A stretch of 32,000 bases of DNA from Corynebacterium glutamicum ATCC 13032 (GCF_000011325.1 NC_003450.3:600001-632000); one strand, 5' to 3'; positions 9,747-21,716 are shown, counted from the first letter of the stretch. A program made the numbers and translations. Notes: generated from the sequence alone by a model not told the origin.

Positions 9747-10178
9747 TTGAGAGGCATGACCTACGGATTTCTTGTCAACACAGATCTCACCCACCGCGCG
9801 ATTGACTTTGATTTAGAAAACGCTGCGAAGTTCCTCGGCGGTGCCGATGATGGCCGCGTCGCTGTCGCTTTCCAAGAGGATGGCACCTTGTACGCCGCTC
9901 TCTACAGCGCCAGCGCAAAAGATGAGGGTGCCGCAGCAAACCCAGTAGCATCCCTTGGCCGCAACGCCGCTGCTACCGGTGATGGCTCCTTCTTCTCTGA
10001 TCCGACCACTGCAATCTGTGGCCCTGTGATCTTCGTGGGGGCCGAAGGCGAAGACATCACGTTGGATGAAATTGAGCGAATTAAGGACGGCATTCGCGCC
10101 GCTCGTAACTACCGCGATGATTATCCAGAGGAATTCAACCTGTGGCGCAACGCTGTATATAACCTGCGTACGGCTTAA
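9747..10178 (+). CDS. conserved hypothetical protein (possibly DUF3846-like)
   Basis: 143-aa ORF with a TTG start at 9747 or an ATG at 9756. Codon usage matches its neighbours. The '...GTLYAALY...NPVASL...ICGPVIFVGAEGEDITLDE' pattern loosely recalls DUF3846, but no motif of known function is present. Confidence 0.55.
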   Translation: MRGMTYGFLVNTDLTHRAIDFDLENAAKFLGGADDGRVAVAFQEDGTLYAALYSASAKDEGAAANPVASLGRNAAATGDGSFFSDPTTAICGPVIFVGAEGEDITLDEIERIKDGIRAARNYRDDYPEEFNLWRNAVYNLRTA

Positions 10179-10200
10179 AGTTTGGCTGCCATGTGAATTT

Positions 10201-10250
10201 TTAGCACCCTCAACAGTTGAGTGCTGGCACTCTCGGGGGTAGAGTGCCAA
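10201..10250 (+). promoter_or_regulatory. two tandem, 4-nt-overlapping CIRCE (HrcA) operators upstream of groES
   Basis: The first element is TTAGCACCC-N9-GAGTGCTGG at 10201-10227. The second is CTGGCACTC-N9-GAGTGCCAA at 10224-10250. The consensus is TTAGCACTC-N9-GAGTGCTAA. Confidence 0.8.
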
Positions 10251-10347
10251 ATAGGTTGTTTGACACACAGTTGTTCACCCGCGACGACGGCTGTGCTGGA
10301 AACCCACAACCGGCACACACAAAATTTTTCTCATGGAGGGATTCATC

Positions 10348-12275
<1,928 letters not shown>

Positions 12276-12284
12276 AGTTCTGTG

Positions 12285-12327
12285 AAAAACACCGTGGGGC
12301 AGTTTCTGCTTCGCGGTGTTTTTTATT
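12285..12327 (+). terminator. intrinsic terminator after groEL1
   Basis: AAAAACACCG...CGGTGTTTTTTATTT: a GC-containing stem followed by a T-run, 10 nt after the stop codon. Confidence 0.7.
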
Positions 12328-12384
12328 TGTGGGGCAGAAGTGCTGGTTAGAGTTACTGTGCAAAAGAGCTCTGCATAAGAATAA

Positions 12385-12408
12385 AGACCCGGTCTGGTGA
12401 CCGGGTCT
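12385..12408. terminator. hairpin terminator between convergent groEL1 and whiB3
   Basis: AGACCCGGTC-tggt-GACCGGGTCT is a perfect 10-bp stem. T-rich tracts follow on both strands (GCTCTTTT on +, TTTATTCTT on -). Confidence 0.65.
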
Positions 12409-12414
12409 GCTCTT

Positions 12415-12720
12415 TTAAACTGCTACTGGTTGCTTGCGCTCGTTGTTGCGAAGGATAACCAGTCGTTCGGACTCTGAAAGTCCGCCCCATACTCCATAAG
12501 GCTCTGCTACAGCTAGTGCATGCTTGCGGCAGGATTCCAATACTGGGCATGCTGCACAGATGGCCTTTGCGCGCAGCTCCCGACGCTGGCGAGCACGACC
12601 GCGCTCGCCGTCCGGGTGATAGAACACGTCGGAGGTCTCGCCGCGGCACGTTCCGTGCAACTGCCAGTCCCAGAAGTCTGCATTTGGCCCGGGAAGCTGG
12701 TGAGGCAATGTCATCTTCAA
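12415..12720 (-). CDS. whiB3: WhiB-family [4Fe-4S] redox-sensing transcription factor, WhiB3 orthologue
   Basis: 101 aa. The motifs 'LPGPNADFWDWQLHGTCRG...HPDGERGRAR...C..CPV...C...GVWGGLSESER' are near-identical in pattern to M. tuberculosis WhiB3. It has the same position next to sigD. Confidence 0.9.
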   Translation of the reverse strand: MKMTLPHQLPGPNADFWDWQLHGTCRGETSDVFYHPDGERGRARQRRELRAKAICAACPVLESCRKHALAVAEPYGVWGGLSESERLVILRNNERKQPVAV

Positions 12721-13155
12721 ATACTCCCTATTGTCAGCTACTTTTTATAGCTTTGATCGCGTTCTCTGATGTGGGGTGTTCGCCCGAGACAACAGTGTCG
12801 ACCGCAATGATGAACAGATTGTGACTTGTTAGTGAAGCAAAGCTGACTAAATGGCCATATGCAGGCGAACTCCTGCTAGTACGCCCGTTCTGACCTGCGG
12901 TTATGTGTCGAGGTGAATCTCCGGTGAATTCTTATAGATAACTTGTTTTTGCAGGTCAGGACGGGGTTAAGGGGATGGGTGTTATCTGTCAGTATGTGAG
13001 GAGATCAAGGTGTTGGGGGTTCTAGTTGCTAAGATGGTGAAAACCCGTGAGGCCAAAATCCAACTGGGTGAATTACCCCTGCATAAATGCATGAGGGCTT
13101 TATACTTGTCTTATTATTAAACTTTTAGGGTTTTGATGCAGGAAGGTGCGAGAAC

Positions 13156-13722
13156 TTGGCTGATACTGAGCGCGAGCTCGCTGACCTGGTACCGCAGGCA
13201 ACGGCGGGCGATCGTCGGGCATTGCAAAGAATAATGGAGATTATTCACCCCATTGTTTTGCGTTATGCTCGCGCTCGTATTGGAGGTGGACGCCAGCCAA
13301 CGGCAGAAGACGTTGCTCAAGAAATCTGCCTGGCGGTAGCCACCTCCATTAGGAACTTTGTCGACCAGGGTAGGCCGTTCATGGCGTTTGTCTACGGCAT
13401 TGCATCTAACAAGGTCGCAGATGCTCACAGGGCGATGTCGAGGGATAAATCGACTCCTATTGAGGAAGTCCCAGAAACTTCACCAGATACTTTTACCCCC
13501 GAAGACTTTGCGCTGGTCAGCGATGGAAGTAACAGAGTTAGGGAACTTCTCGATCTACTGAGTGAAAAGGCACGCGACATTCTTATCTTGAGAGTTATCG
13601 TTGGTCTTTCCGCAGAAGAAACTGCAGAGATGGTGGGCAGCACCCCAGGTGCTGTACGAGTTGCCCAACACAGGGCACTCACGACACTTCGAAGCACACT
13701 TGAGCAGCAGGAGAACAAGTAA
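13156..13722 (+). CDS. sigD: ECF sigma factor SigD
   Basis: 188 aa with a TTG start and the SD GGAAGG 9 nt upstream. Sigma-70 region 2 is present ('AEDVAQEICLAV...FVYGIASNKVADAHR'), as is the region 4 HTH ('LSAEETAEMVGSTPGAVRVAQHRAL'). It is syntenic with Mtb sigD. Confidence 0.9.
   Translation: MADTERELADLVPQATAGDRRALQRIMEIIHPIVLRYARARIGGGRQPTAEDVAQEICLAVATSIRNFVDQGRPFMAFVYGIASNKVADAHRAMSRDKSTPIEEVPETSPDTFTPEDFALVSDGSNRVRELLDLLSEKARDILILRVIVGLSAEETAEMVGSTPGAVRVAQHRALTTLRSTLEQQENK
13529..13554 (+). promoter_or_regulatory. candidate SigD-dependent promoter inside sigD, positioned to drive rsdA
   Basis: GTAACA (13529-13534), then exactly 17 nt, then GAT (13552-13554). This matches the published SigD consensus GTAAC(A/G)-N17-GAT as I recall it. 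It lies about 170 bp upstream of the rsdA start. Confidence 0.5.
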
Positions 13723-14750
13723 TGACTCGACGTCTACATGGTGGTGAGCAGGATGGCCAGGAACACGTTAAAGGACAGCTAAAGCAGCTGTTCGACGACG
13801 ACGCGTTCTTGACTGACCTGTCCCGCGGCGTTGATCCCTCAGAGGGCGATGACGCCCTCGCTGGCCTCCTCCTCGATTTAACAAAGGAAGCTCAGGAGCC
13901 GCCGGCAACAATGCCGGATTGGTCTACTTTGCTCCCTGGAATTTTGGATCAGGATCAGGATTTGCCAGTGGAATCCACTTCGGACACCACGGTTATGCAG
14001 GCATCAAACCCTGCAACCCAAGAATTCGCACCTGTTTCTATTTCTGATACCCCCAACACTGCAACTAATTCAGCTGATGCAGATGAGTCCGCAACTGTTG
14101 TTCCACTTGCAGCACGCCGTGAGAAGCGTGCCAAGAGCGGATCAAGCGGGGTTCATTCACTGGATGCTTCGGCAACCCAGCGCAAATCTCACCCATTCCT
14201 TAGCGGTTTGGTGGGTGCTGCAGCTGCAACTCTAGTCATCGCAGGCGGTGGAGCAGCAGTGTACAACGCTGATGAAAACTCCCCGTTGTATGGCATGAAT
14301 CAGCAGCTGTTTGGCAATCAAGATTCTCCAAGCGTGGTGGAGCTTGCCTCCACGCTGGAAGAAGTTGATAGTCGTACAGCTAGTGGCGATGTGGAAGGGG
14401 CACGTGCTCTACTCGAGCAGGCTCGAGCAATGCTGGATGGCATGGCACCTCCTCGAAAGGCGCCGTCGGAGGCAACCCGAACGGTTGAATCTGAACCAGG
14501 TACTCAGACGTTGACTGCAACGGTTACTGAATCCGCAAGTCCGGAACCACCGGTCACGGAAACTCAAACTGTTACCTCCACCGAGGTACAGACAGTGACA
14601 ACCACTGCGGTTGCTCCACCGGTCTGGACTCCTAATCCAGAGCCAACAACCACAGCTGCCCCGACTTCTACGCCTTCAACTGGTGGCGGTGAGGGAACCG
14701 GCAATGATGGTGACTCTGGACTTGTGCCACCTCAGACTCCTGGAAACTAG
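13722..14750 (+). CDS. rsdA: anti-sigma-D factor RsdA-like, single-pass membrane protein with a Pro/Thr-rich extracytoplasmic tail
   Basis: 342 aa. The start overlaps the sigD stop (TAATG). One TM helix is present ('FLSGLVGAAAATLVIAGGGAAVY'). The C-terminus is a low-complexity P/T/E region. The position equals Mtb rsdA (Rv3413c). Confidence 0.75.
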   Translation: MTRRLHGGEQDGQEHVKGQLKQLFDDDAFLTDLSRGVDPSEGDDALAGLLLDLTKEAQEPPATMPDWSTLLPGILDQDQDLPVESTSDTTVMQASNPATQEFAPVSISDTPNTATNSADADESATVVPLAARREKRAKSGSSGVHSLDASATQRKSHPFLSGLVGAAAATLVIAGGGAAVYNADENSPLYGMNQQLFGNQDSPSVVELASTLEEVDSRTASGDVEGARALLEQARAMLDGMAPPRKAPSEATRTVESEPGTQTLTATVTESASPEPPVTETQTVTSTEVQTVTTTAVAPPVWTPNPEPTTTAAPTSTPSTGGGEGTGNDGDSGLVPPQTPGN

Positions 14751-14760
14751 GTAAAAATAT

Positions 14761-14801
14761 AAAAACTGCTAGCAACGTATCTTTAGTTGCTAGCAGTTTT
14801 T
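14761..14801. terminator. bidirectional intrinsic terminator
   Basis: AAAAACTGCTAGCAAC-(9 nt)-GTTGCTAGCAGTTTTT is a perfect 16-bp stem with A/T runs on both sides. It lies between convergent rsdA and the Rv3412-like gene, whose stop codon lies in the right arm. Confidence 0.85.
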
Positions 14802-15222
14802 ATTTGGCTTCAAGTCCGTCTAGGTAACCAATGCAGTAGTCCCACGGCACATAGGCATCAATATTGGGTTGCGCACTTGGTTCATGCACGGGGCTGAGTT
14901 CCCCAGCCAAGGTGGCGCGCATGTTTGCTGCCATGATGTCCCAGTCGTAGTAGTGGAACTCTTCGCAGTCTTCGCACATGAAGAACACGCCTTCGATTCC
15001 TCGGGGACCTAAAACTTTTTTAAATTCCATCACGAGGCGAAGGTCTTGGCTCACGTGGATTCGCTCTTCTTCAGAAAGCGGTTCGGGATGATCATAAGGG
15101 TCATCGTCGGTAATAAACGATGCCGGGTCATTGGGATCATCGGCAAACGGGTCGCGGGGCATCATCGCATCAAAGTTCACATCTTCCACCCTATTGGCAG
15201 AGGTTGCTAAAACCCAATACAC
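14800..15222 (-). CDS. conserved actinobacterial protein, Rv3412/DUF5319-like
   Basis: 140-aa ORF. The real start may be the ATG at 15165 (MMPRDPF...). It has an acidic N-terminus and the conserved core 'FFMCEDCEEFHYYDWD'. Its position between rsdA and guaB matches M. tuberculosis. Confidence 0.7.
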   Translation of the reverse strand: MYWVLATSANRVEDVNFDAMMPRDPFADDPNDPASFITDDDPYDHPEPLSEEERIHVSQDLRLVMEFKKVLGPRGIEGVFFMCEDCEEFHYYDWDIMAANMRATLAGELSPVHEPSAQPNIDAYVPWDYCIGYLDGLEAK

Positions 15223-15302
15223 TGCCAGATTTCCGGTTGTGGAATAGCGTGTGAGCTGCAGCGGTTATCCGATTTAAGGACAAGCTACTAAAGTTTAGAT
15301 AA

Positions 15303-16856
<1,554 letters not shown>

Positions 16857-16869
16857 ATTTTGCTCACTT

Positions 16870-16905
16870 AAACAGCCCGATTTCTTCATTGAAATCGGGC
16901 TGTTT
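16870..16905 (+). terminator. intrinsic terminator after guaB
   Basis: AAACAGCCCGATTT-(8 nt)-AAATCGGGCTGTTT is a perfect 14-bp stem, 14 nt after the stop codon. Confidence 0.7.
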
Positions 16906-16972
16906 CTGGTTGTGTCGCGTATCTCGGGTAAAGTCTTCGTCGTATACGACCATTTAAGGGAGGCCCGTCACA

Positions 16973-18097
16973 ATGCGTGACCACGTTGAAATCGGTATCG
17001 GCCGTGAGGCACGACGCACCTACAGCTTGGACGATATTTCTGTCGTTTCTAGCCGCCGCACCCGTTCATCCAAAGATGTCGACACCACTTGGCATATTGA
17101 CGCCTACAAGTTTGATCTGCCGTTCATGAATCACCCAAGTGATGCATTGGCAAGCCCTGAGTTTGTCATTGAAATGGGCAAGCAGGGTGGCCTTGGCGTG
17201 ATCAACGCTGAGGGTCTGTGGGGTCGCCATGCTGATCTCGATGAGGCGATCGCAAAGGTGATTGCTGCGTATGAGGAAGGCGACCAGGCTGCAGCCACTC
17301 GCACTCTTCAGGAGCTGCACGCAGCGCCACTGGATACTGAGCTGCTGAGTGAGCGCATTGCGCAGGTTCGTGATTCCGGTGAGATCGTTGCTGTGCGCGT
17401 GTCTCCACAAAATGTTCGTGAGATCGCACCAATCGTCATCAAGGCAGGTGCTGATCTGCTGGTTATCCAGGGCACCCTGATCTCTGCAGAGCACGTCAAC
17501 ACCGGTGGAGAGGCCCTGAACCTAAAGGAATTCATCGGTTCTTTGGATGTTCCTGTCATCGCTGGTGGCGTGAACGATTACACCACCGCGTTGCACATGA
17601 TGCGTACCGGTGCTGTGGGCATCATCGTCGGTGGCGGCGAGAACACCAACAGCCTAGCATTGGGCATGGAGGTATCCATGGCCACTGCGATTGCTGATGT
17701 CGCTGCGGCACGTCGTGATTACCTGGATGAGACCGGTGGACGTTACGTGCACATCATTGCAGATGGAAGCATTGAAAACTCCGGTGATGTAGTCAAGGCT
17801 ATTGCCTGTGGCGCAGATGCTGTGGTGCTGGGTTCACCGTTGGCTCGCGCTGAAGAAGCTGCTGGAAAGGGCTACTTCTGGCCAGCAGTGGCAGCGCACC
17901 CTCGTTTCCCACGCGGTGTGGTTACTGAGTCCGTGGACTTGGATGAGGCAGCACCAAGCTTGGAGCAGATTCTGCATGGTCCGTCTACGATGCCGTGGGG
18001 TGTGGAAAACTTCGAAGGTGGATTAAAGCGTGCGCTGGCTAAGTGTGGCTACACCGATTTGAAGAGCTTCCAAAAGGTAAGCCTGCACGTTAACTAG
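16973..18097 (+). CDS. guaB3: IMPDH-related protein, GuaB3-like (no CBS insert, no catalytic Cys loop)
   Basis: 374 aa with IMPDH/GMPR barrel similarity ('IADGSIENSGDVVKAIACGADAVVLGS'). 'GGGENTNSLALG' replaces '[10 protein letters not shown]'. The position equals Mtb Rv3410c. Confidence 0.85.
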   Translation: MRDHVEIGIGREARRTYSLDDISVVSSRRTRSSKDVDTTWHIDAYKFDLPFMNHPSDALASPEFVIEMGKQGGLGVINAEGLWGRHADLDEAIAKVIAAYEEGDQAAATRTLQELHAAPLDTELLSERIAQVRDSGEIVAVRVSPQNVREIAPIVIKAGADLLVIQGTLISAEHVNTGGEALNLKEFIGSLDVPVIAGGVNDYTTALHMMRTGAVGIIVGGGENTNSLALGMEVSMATAIADVAAARRDYLDETGGRYVHIIADGSIENSGDVVKAIACGADAVVLGSPLARAEEAAGKGYFWPAVAAHPRFPRGVVTESVDLDEAAPSLEQILHGPSTMPWGVENFEGGLKRALAKCGYTDLKSFQKVSLHVN

Positions 18098-19013
18098 GTG
18101 TGTGTACTCGCCTCTTCGCGTTGCATTTTGAGTGGAGGGGCGCGTCGACAAGCATCTTTTTAGGCTCCCACGTGACGCCGATGCTGGCCGCGATGACAAG
18201 GATGATCGCGGCCCACTTGAGCGCGGTGGGGGTTTGATCAAGCAGGATCCAGCCGACGGCGGCGGCGAATGCCGGTTCGAGGCTGAGCAGAATACTGAAA
18301 ATGGGGGCGGGGAGTCGGCGCAGTGCCGATAATTCCAGCGAATAGGGGATAAGCGACCCGAGAAGTGCTGTGCCAAGCGCCAGGATGAGTAGGGTTGGGG
18401 TCTGGAAAATCGGGCCCATGTGTGTAGCACCCAGTGGAAATACTGCCACTGCGCCGATAATCAGTGCGACGGCCAGGCCGCTTGTTCCGGGGATGAGTTG
18501 GCCGATTTTCTTTGATGCCAGGATGTAGCACACCCAGAAGATTCCTGCGACGGCTGCGAAAATGACGCCGAGTGGGTCAAGGGTTTCGCCGCTGAGGGAA
18601 TCGATACCCAGTAGTGCCATGCCGAGAAACGCTAAAGCCACGCACAATCCGTTTTTCAGCGTGCGGGCTAACACCGCGGAGAAAATCAGGGGGCCGAGGA
18701 ACTCAATGGTCACGGCGGTACCCAGCGGGATGAGTTCGATGGATGCGTAAAACAGGCTGTTCATTCCGCCAAGAGATAATCCCAACAGCAGCACGGCGAT
18801 CCATTGTTTTTTAGTCCAGGAACGAAGTCGCGGGCGGATCACCAGGCACATGATCAAGCCTGCGATGAACAGCCTTAAAGAGGTGACAGCCCAGGGGCCG
18901 TTGAGGGGGAAAAGCTGCGTTCCAATGGCAGCACCAAATTGCAGGGATAGGGCGGAACCCATCACCATCAACACTGCAGCGGACTGTTTATTCATGCCCT
19001 TGATTATTGCCAA
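18090..19013 (-). CDS. EamA/DMT-superfamily (RhaT-like) transporter
   Basis: 307-aa ORF with about 10 predicted TM helices in two EamA-like halves. The start is TTG at 19013 or, more likely, ATG at 18995 (MNKQSAAVL...). Its 3' end overlaps guaB3 by 8 bp in a convergent arrangement. Confidence 0.85.
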   Translation of the reverse strand: MAIIKGMNKQSAAVLMVMGSALSLQFGAAIGTQLFPLNGPWAVTSLRLFIAGLIMCLVIRPRLRSWTKKQWIAVLLLGLSLGGMNSLFYASIELIPLGTAVTIEFLGPLIFSAVLARTLKNGLCVALAFLGMALLGIDSLSGETLDPLGVIFAAVAGIFWVCYILASKKIGQLIPGTSGLAVALIIGAVAVFPLGATHMGPIFQTPTLLILALGTALLGSLIPYSLELSALRRLPAPIFSILLSLEPAFAAAVGWILLDQTPTALKWAAIILVIAASIGVTWEPKKMLVDAPLHSKCNAKRRVHTPS

Positions 19014-19085
19014 AGAAACCTTTAAGGACTAGATCGAAAAACAGCCAACTATAGTTAAGTAATACTGAACAATTTTGGAGGTGTC

Positions 19086-19997
19086 GTGCTCAATCTCAAC
19101 CGCTTACACATCCTGCAGGAATTCCACCGCCTGGGAACGATTACAGCAGTGGCGGAATCCATGAACTACAGCCGCTCTGCCATCTCCCAACAAATGGCGC
19201 TGCTGGAAAAAGAAATTGGTGTGAAACTCTTTGAAAAAAGCGGCCGAAACCTCTACTTCACAGAACAAGGCGAAGTGTTGGCCTCAGAAACACATGCGAT
19301 CATGGCAGCAGTCGACCATGCCCGCGCAGCCGTTCTAGATTCGCTGTCTGAAGTGTCCGGAACGCTGAAAGTCACCTCCTTCCAATCCCTGCTGTTCACC
19401 CTTGCCCCGAAAGCCATCGCGCGCCTGACCGAGAAATACCCACACCTGCAAGTAGAAATCTCCCAACTAGAAGTCACCGCAGCGCTCGAAGAACTCCGCG
19501 CCCGCCGCGTCGACGTCGCACTCGGCGAGGAATACCCCGTGGAAGTCCCCCTTGTTGAGGCCAGCATTCACCGCGAAGTCCTCTTCGAAGACCCCATGCT
19601 GCTCGTCACCCCAGCAAGCGGCCCATACTCTGGCCTCACCCTGCCAGAACTCCGCGACATCCCCATCGCCATCGATCCACCCGACCTTCCCGCGGGCGAA
19701 TGGGTCCATAGGCTCTGCCGGCGCGCCGGGTTTGAGCCCCGCGTGACCTTTGAAACCAGCGATCCCATGCTCCAAGCACACCTCGTGCGTAGCGGCTTGG
19801 CCGTGACATTTTCCCCCACACTGCTCACCCCGATGCTGGAAAGCGTGCACATCCAGCCGCTGCCCGGCAACCCCACGCGCACGCTCTACACCGCGGTCAG
19901 GGAAGGGCGCCAGGGGCATCCAGCCATTAAAGCTTTTCGACGAGCCCTCGCCCATGTGGCCAAAGAATCTTATTTGGAGGCTCGTCTAGTAGAGTGA
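19086..19997 (+). CDS. LysR-type transcriptional regulator
   Basis: 303 aa with a GTG start and the SD GGAGG 4 nt upstream. The N-terminal wHTH is 'LGTITAVAESMNYSRSAISQQMALLEKEIGVKLFEKSGR'. It is divergent from the EamA transporter. Confidence 0.9.
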   Translation: MLNLNRLHILQEFHRLGTITAVAESMNYSRSAISQQMALLEKEIGVKLFEKSGRNLYFTEQGEVLASETHAIMAAVDHARAAVLDSLSEVSGTLKVTSFQSLLFTLAPKAIARLTEKYPHLQVEISQLEVTAALEELRARRVDVALGEEYPVEVPLVEASIHREVLFEDPMLLVTPASGPYSGLTLPELRDIPIAIDPPDLPAGEWVHRLCRRAGFEPRVTFETSDPMLQAHLVRSGLAVTFSPTLLTPMLESVHIQPLPGNPTRTLYTAVREGRQGHPAIKAFRRALAHVAKESYLEARLVE

Positions 19998-20003
19998 GTT
20001 CTT

Positions 20004-21575
20004 GTGAGCCTTCAGACAAATCATCGCCCAGTACTCGTCGTTGACTTCGGCGCACAGTACGCGCAGCTGATCGCACGTCGTGTGCGTGAGGCCGGCATCT
20101 ACTCCGAAGTCATCCCGCACACCGCCACCGCAGACGATGTGCGCGCTAAAAATGCAGCAGCCCTCGTCCTTTCCGGTGGCCCATCCTCCGTGTATGCCGA
20201 GGGAGCACCATCCCTTGACGCTGAGATTCTTGATCTCGGATTGCCAGTATTTGGCATTTGCTACGGCTTCCAAGCCATGACCCACGCGCTTGGTGGCACC
20301 GTTGCCAACACCGGTAAGCGCGAATACGGACGCACCGACATCAACGTTGCCGGTGGCGTCCTCCACGAAGGCCTCGAAGCCTGCCACAAGGTGTGGATGA
20401 GCCACGGCGACGCCGTCTCTGAAGCCCCAGAAGGTTTCGTAGTCACCGCGTCCTCCGAAGGTGCGCCTGTCGCAGCTTTCGAAAACAAGGAACGCAAAAT
20501 GGCTGGCGTGCAGTACCACCCAGAGGTATTGCACTCACCACACGGCCAGGCAGTTCTGACCCGCTTCCTCACTGAGATCGCAGGTCTAGAGCAGAACTGG
20601 ACCGCAGCAAACATCGCTGAAGAACTCATCGAAAAGGTCCGCGAGCAGATCGGCGAAGATGGCCGCGCTATTTGTGGCCTATCCGGTGGTGTGGACTCCG
20701 CTGTTGCCGGTGCTTTGGTGCAGCGCGCCATTGGTGACCGTTTGACCTGTGTCTTTGTTGACCACGGTCTGCTGCGTGCCGGTGAGCGCGAGCAGGTGGA
20801 AAAAGACTTCGTCGCAGCAACCGGCGCCAAGCTGGTTACCGTTGATGAGCGCCAGGCATTCCTATCCAAGCTGGCCGGAGTTACCGAACCAGAAGCAAAG
20901 CGCAAGGCTATCGGCGCTGAGTTCATCCGCTCCTTCGAGCGCGCAGTTGCCGGTGTGCTGGAAGAAGCTCCAGAAGGTTCCACCGTGGACTTCCTGGTTC
21001 AGGGCACCCTGTACCCAGACGTCGTGGAATCCGGTGGTGGATCTGGTACCGCAAACATCAAGAGCCACCACAACGTCGGTGGACTGCCAGACGATGTGGA
21101 ATTCAAGCTTGTTGAGCCACTGCGTGACCTCTTCAAAGACGAAGTCCGTGCCGTTGGCCGTGAACTTGGCCTGCCTGAGGAAATCGTTGGCCGCCAGCCA
21201 TTCCCAGGACCAGGACTTGGTATCCGCATCATCGGTGAAGTCACCGAAGATCGCCTAGAAACCCTCCGCCACGCTGACCTGATCGCCCGCACCGAGCTCA
21301 CCGAAGCCGGACTTGACGGCGTGATCTGGCAGTGCCCAGTAGTCCTCCTGGCAGATGTCCGCTCTGTTGGTGTTCAAGGCGATGGCCGCACCTACGGACA
21401 CCCAATCGTGCTGCGCCCAGTGTCTTCCGAAGACGCAATGACCGCCGACTGGACCCGCCTGCCATACGAGGTTCTGGAGAAGATCTCCACCCGCATCACC
21501 AACGAAGTTCCAGATGTGAACCGCGTGGTGCTGGACGTAACCTCCAAGCCACCAGGAACCATCGAATGGGAGTAG
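20004..21575 (+). CDS. guaA: GMP synthase (glutamine-hydrolysing)
   Basis: 523 aa with the GATase Cys 'GICYGFQ', the ATP-PPase P-loop 'LSGGVDSAV' and the C-terminal 'KPPGTIEWE'. Confidence 0.97.
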   Translation: MSLQTNHRPVLVVDFGAQYAQLIARRVREAGIYSEVIPHTATADDVRAKNAAALVLSGGPSSVYAEGAPSLDAEILDLGLPVFGICYGFQAMTHALGGTVANTGKREYGRTDINVAGGVLHEGLEACHKVWMSHGDAVSEAPEGFVVTASSEGAPVAAFENKERKMAGVQYHPEVLHSPHGQAVLTRFLTEIAGLEQNWTAANIAEELIEKVREQIGEDGRAICGLSGGVDSAVAGALVQRAIGDRLTCVFVDHGLLRAGEREQVEKDFVAATGAKLVTVDERQAFLSKLAGVTEPEAKRKAIGAEFIRSFERAVAGVLEEAPEGSTVDFLVQGTLYPDVVESGGGSGTANIKSHHNVGGLPDDVEFKLVEPLRDLFKDEVRAVGRELGLPEEIVGRQPFPGPGLGIRIIGEVTEDRLETLRHADLIARTELTEAGLDGVIWQCPVVLLADVRSVGVQGDGRTYGHPIVLRPVSSEDAMTADWTRLPYEVLEKISTRITNEVPDVNRVVLDVTSKPPGTIEWE

Positions 21576-21596
21576 GCCTTAAATGAGCCTTCGTTA

Positions 21597-21631
21597 AGCG
21601 GCAATCACCTTATTGGAGATTGTCGCTTTTC
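21597..21631 (+). terminator. intrinsic terminator after guaA
   Basis: AGCGGCAATC-(11 nt)-GATTGTCGCT forms a stem with one G.U pair and is followed by TTTTCCCATTT. Confidence 0.6.
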
Positions 21632-21716
21632 CCATTTCTCCGGGTTTTCTGGAACTTTTTGGGCGTATGCTGGGAATGATTCTATTATTGCCAAATCAGA
21701 AAGCAGGAGAGACCCG

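Noticed and set aside
10333-10347. N-terminal extensions offered by the ORF track for groES (10333), guaB (15303) and the response regulator (24943)
   Set aside because: In each case an internal start has a properly spaced SD and yields the canonical conserved N-terminus. The extensions overlap the SD or add non-conserved residues.
12820-12835. CRP/GlxR-like site TGTGACTTGTTAGTGA upstream of whiB3
   Set aside because: The second half-site is AGTGA, a direct repeat, rather than the TCACA required for the palindromic TGTGA-N6-TCACA consensus.
13010-13120. 36-aa sORF with an excellent SD (GAGGAG-N6-GTG) just upstream of sigD
   Set aside because: It uses several codons that are rare for this genome (CTA, TTA, AGG, TAT) and lies in AT-rich non-coding-like sequence. 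I cannot assess conservation. It is worth a look in ribosome-profiling data but is not supportable as a gene.
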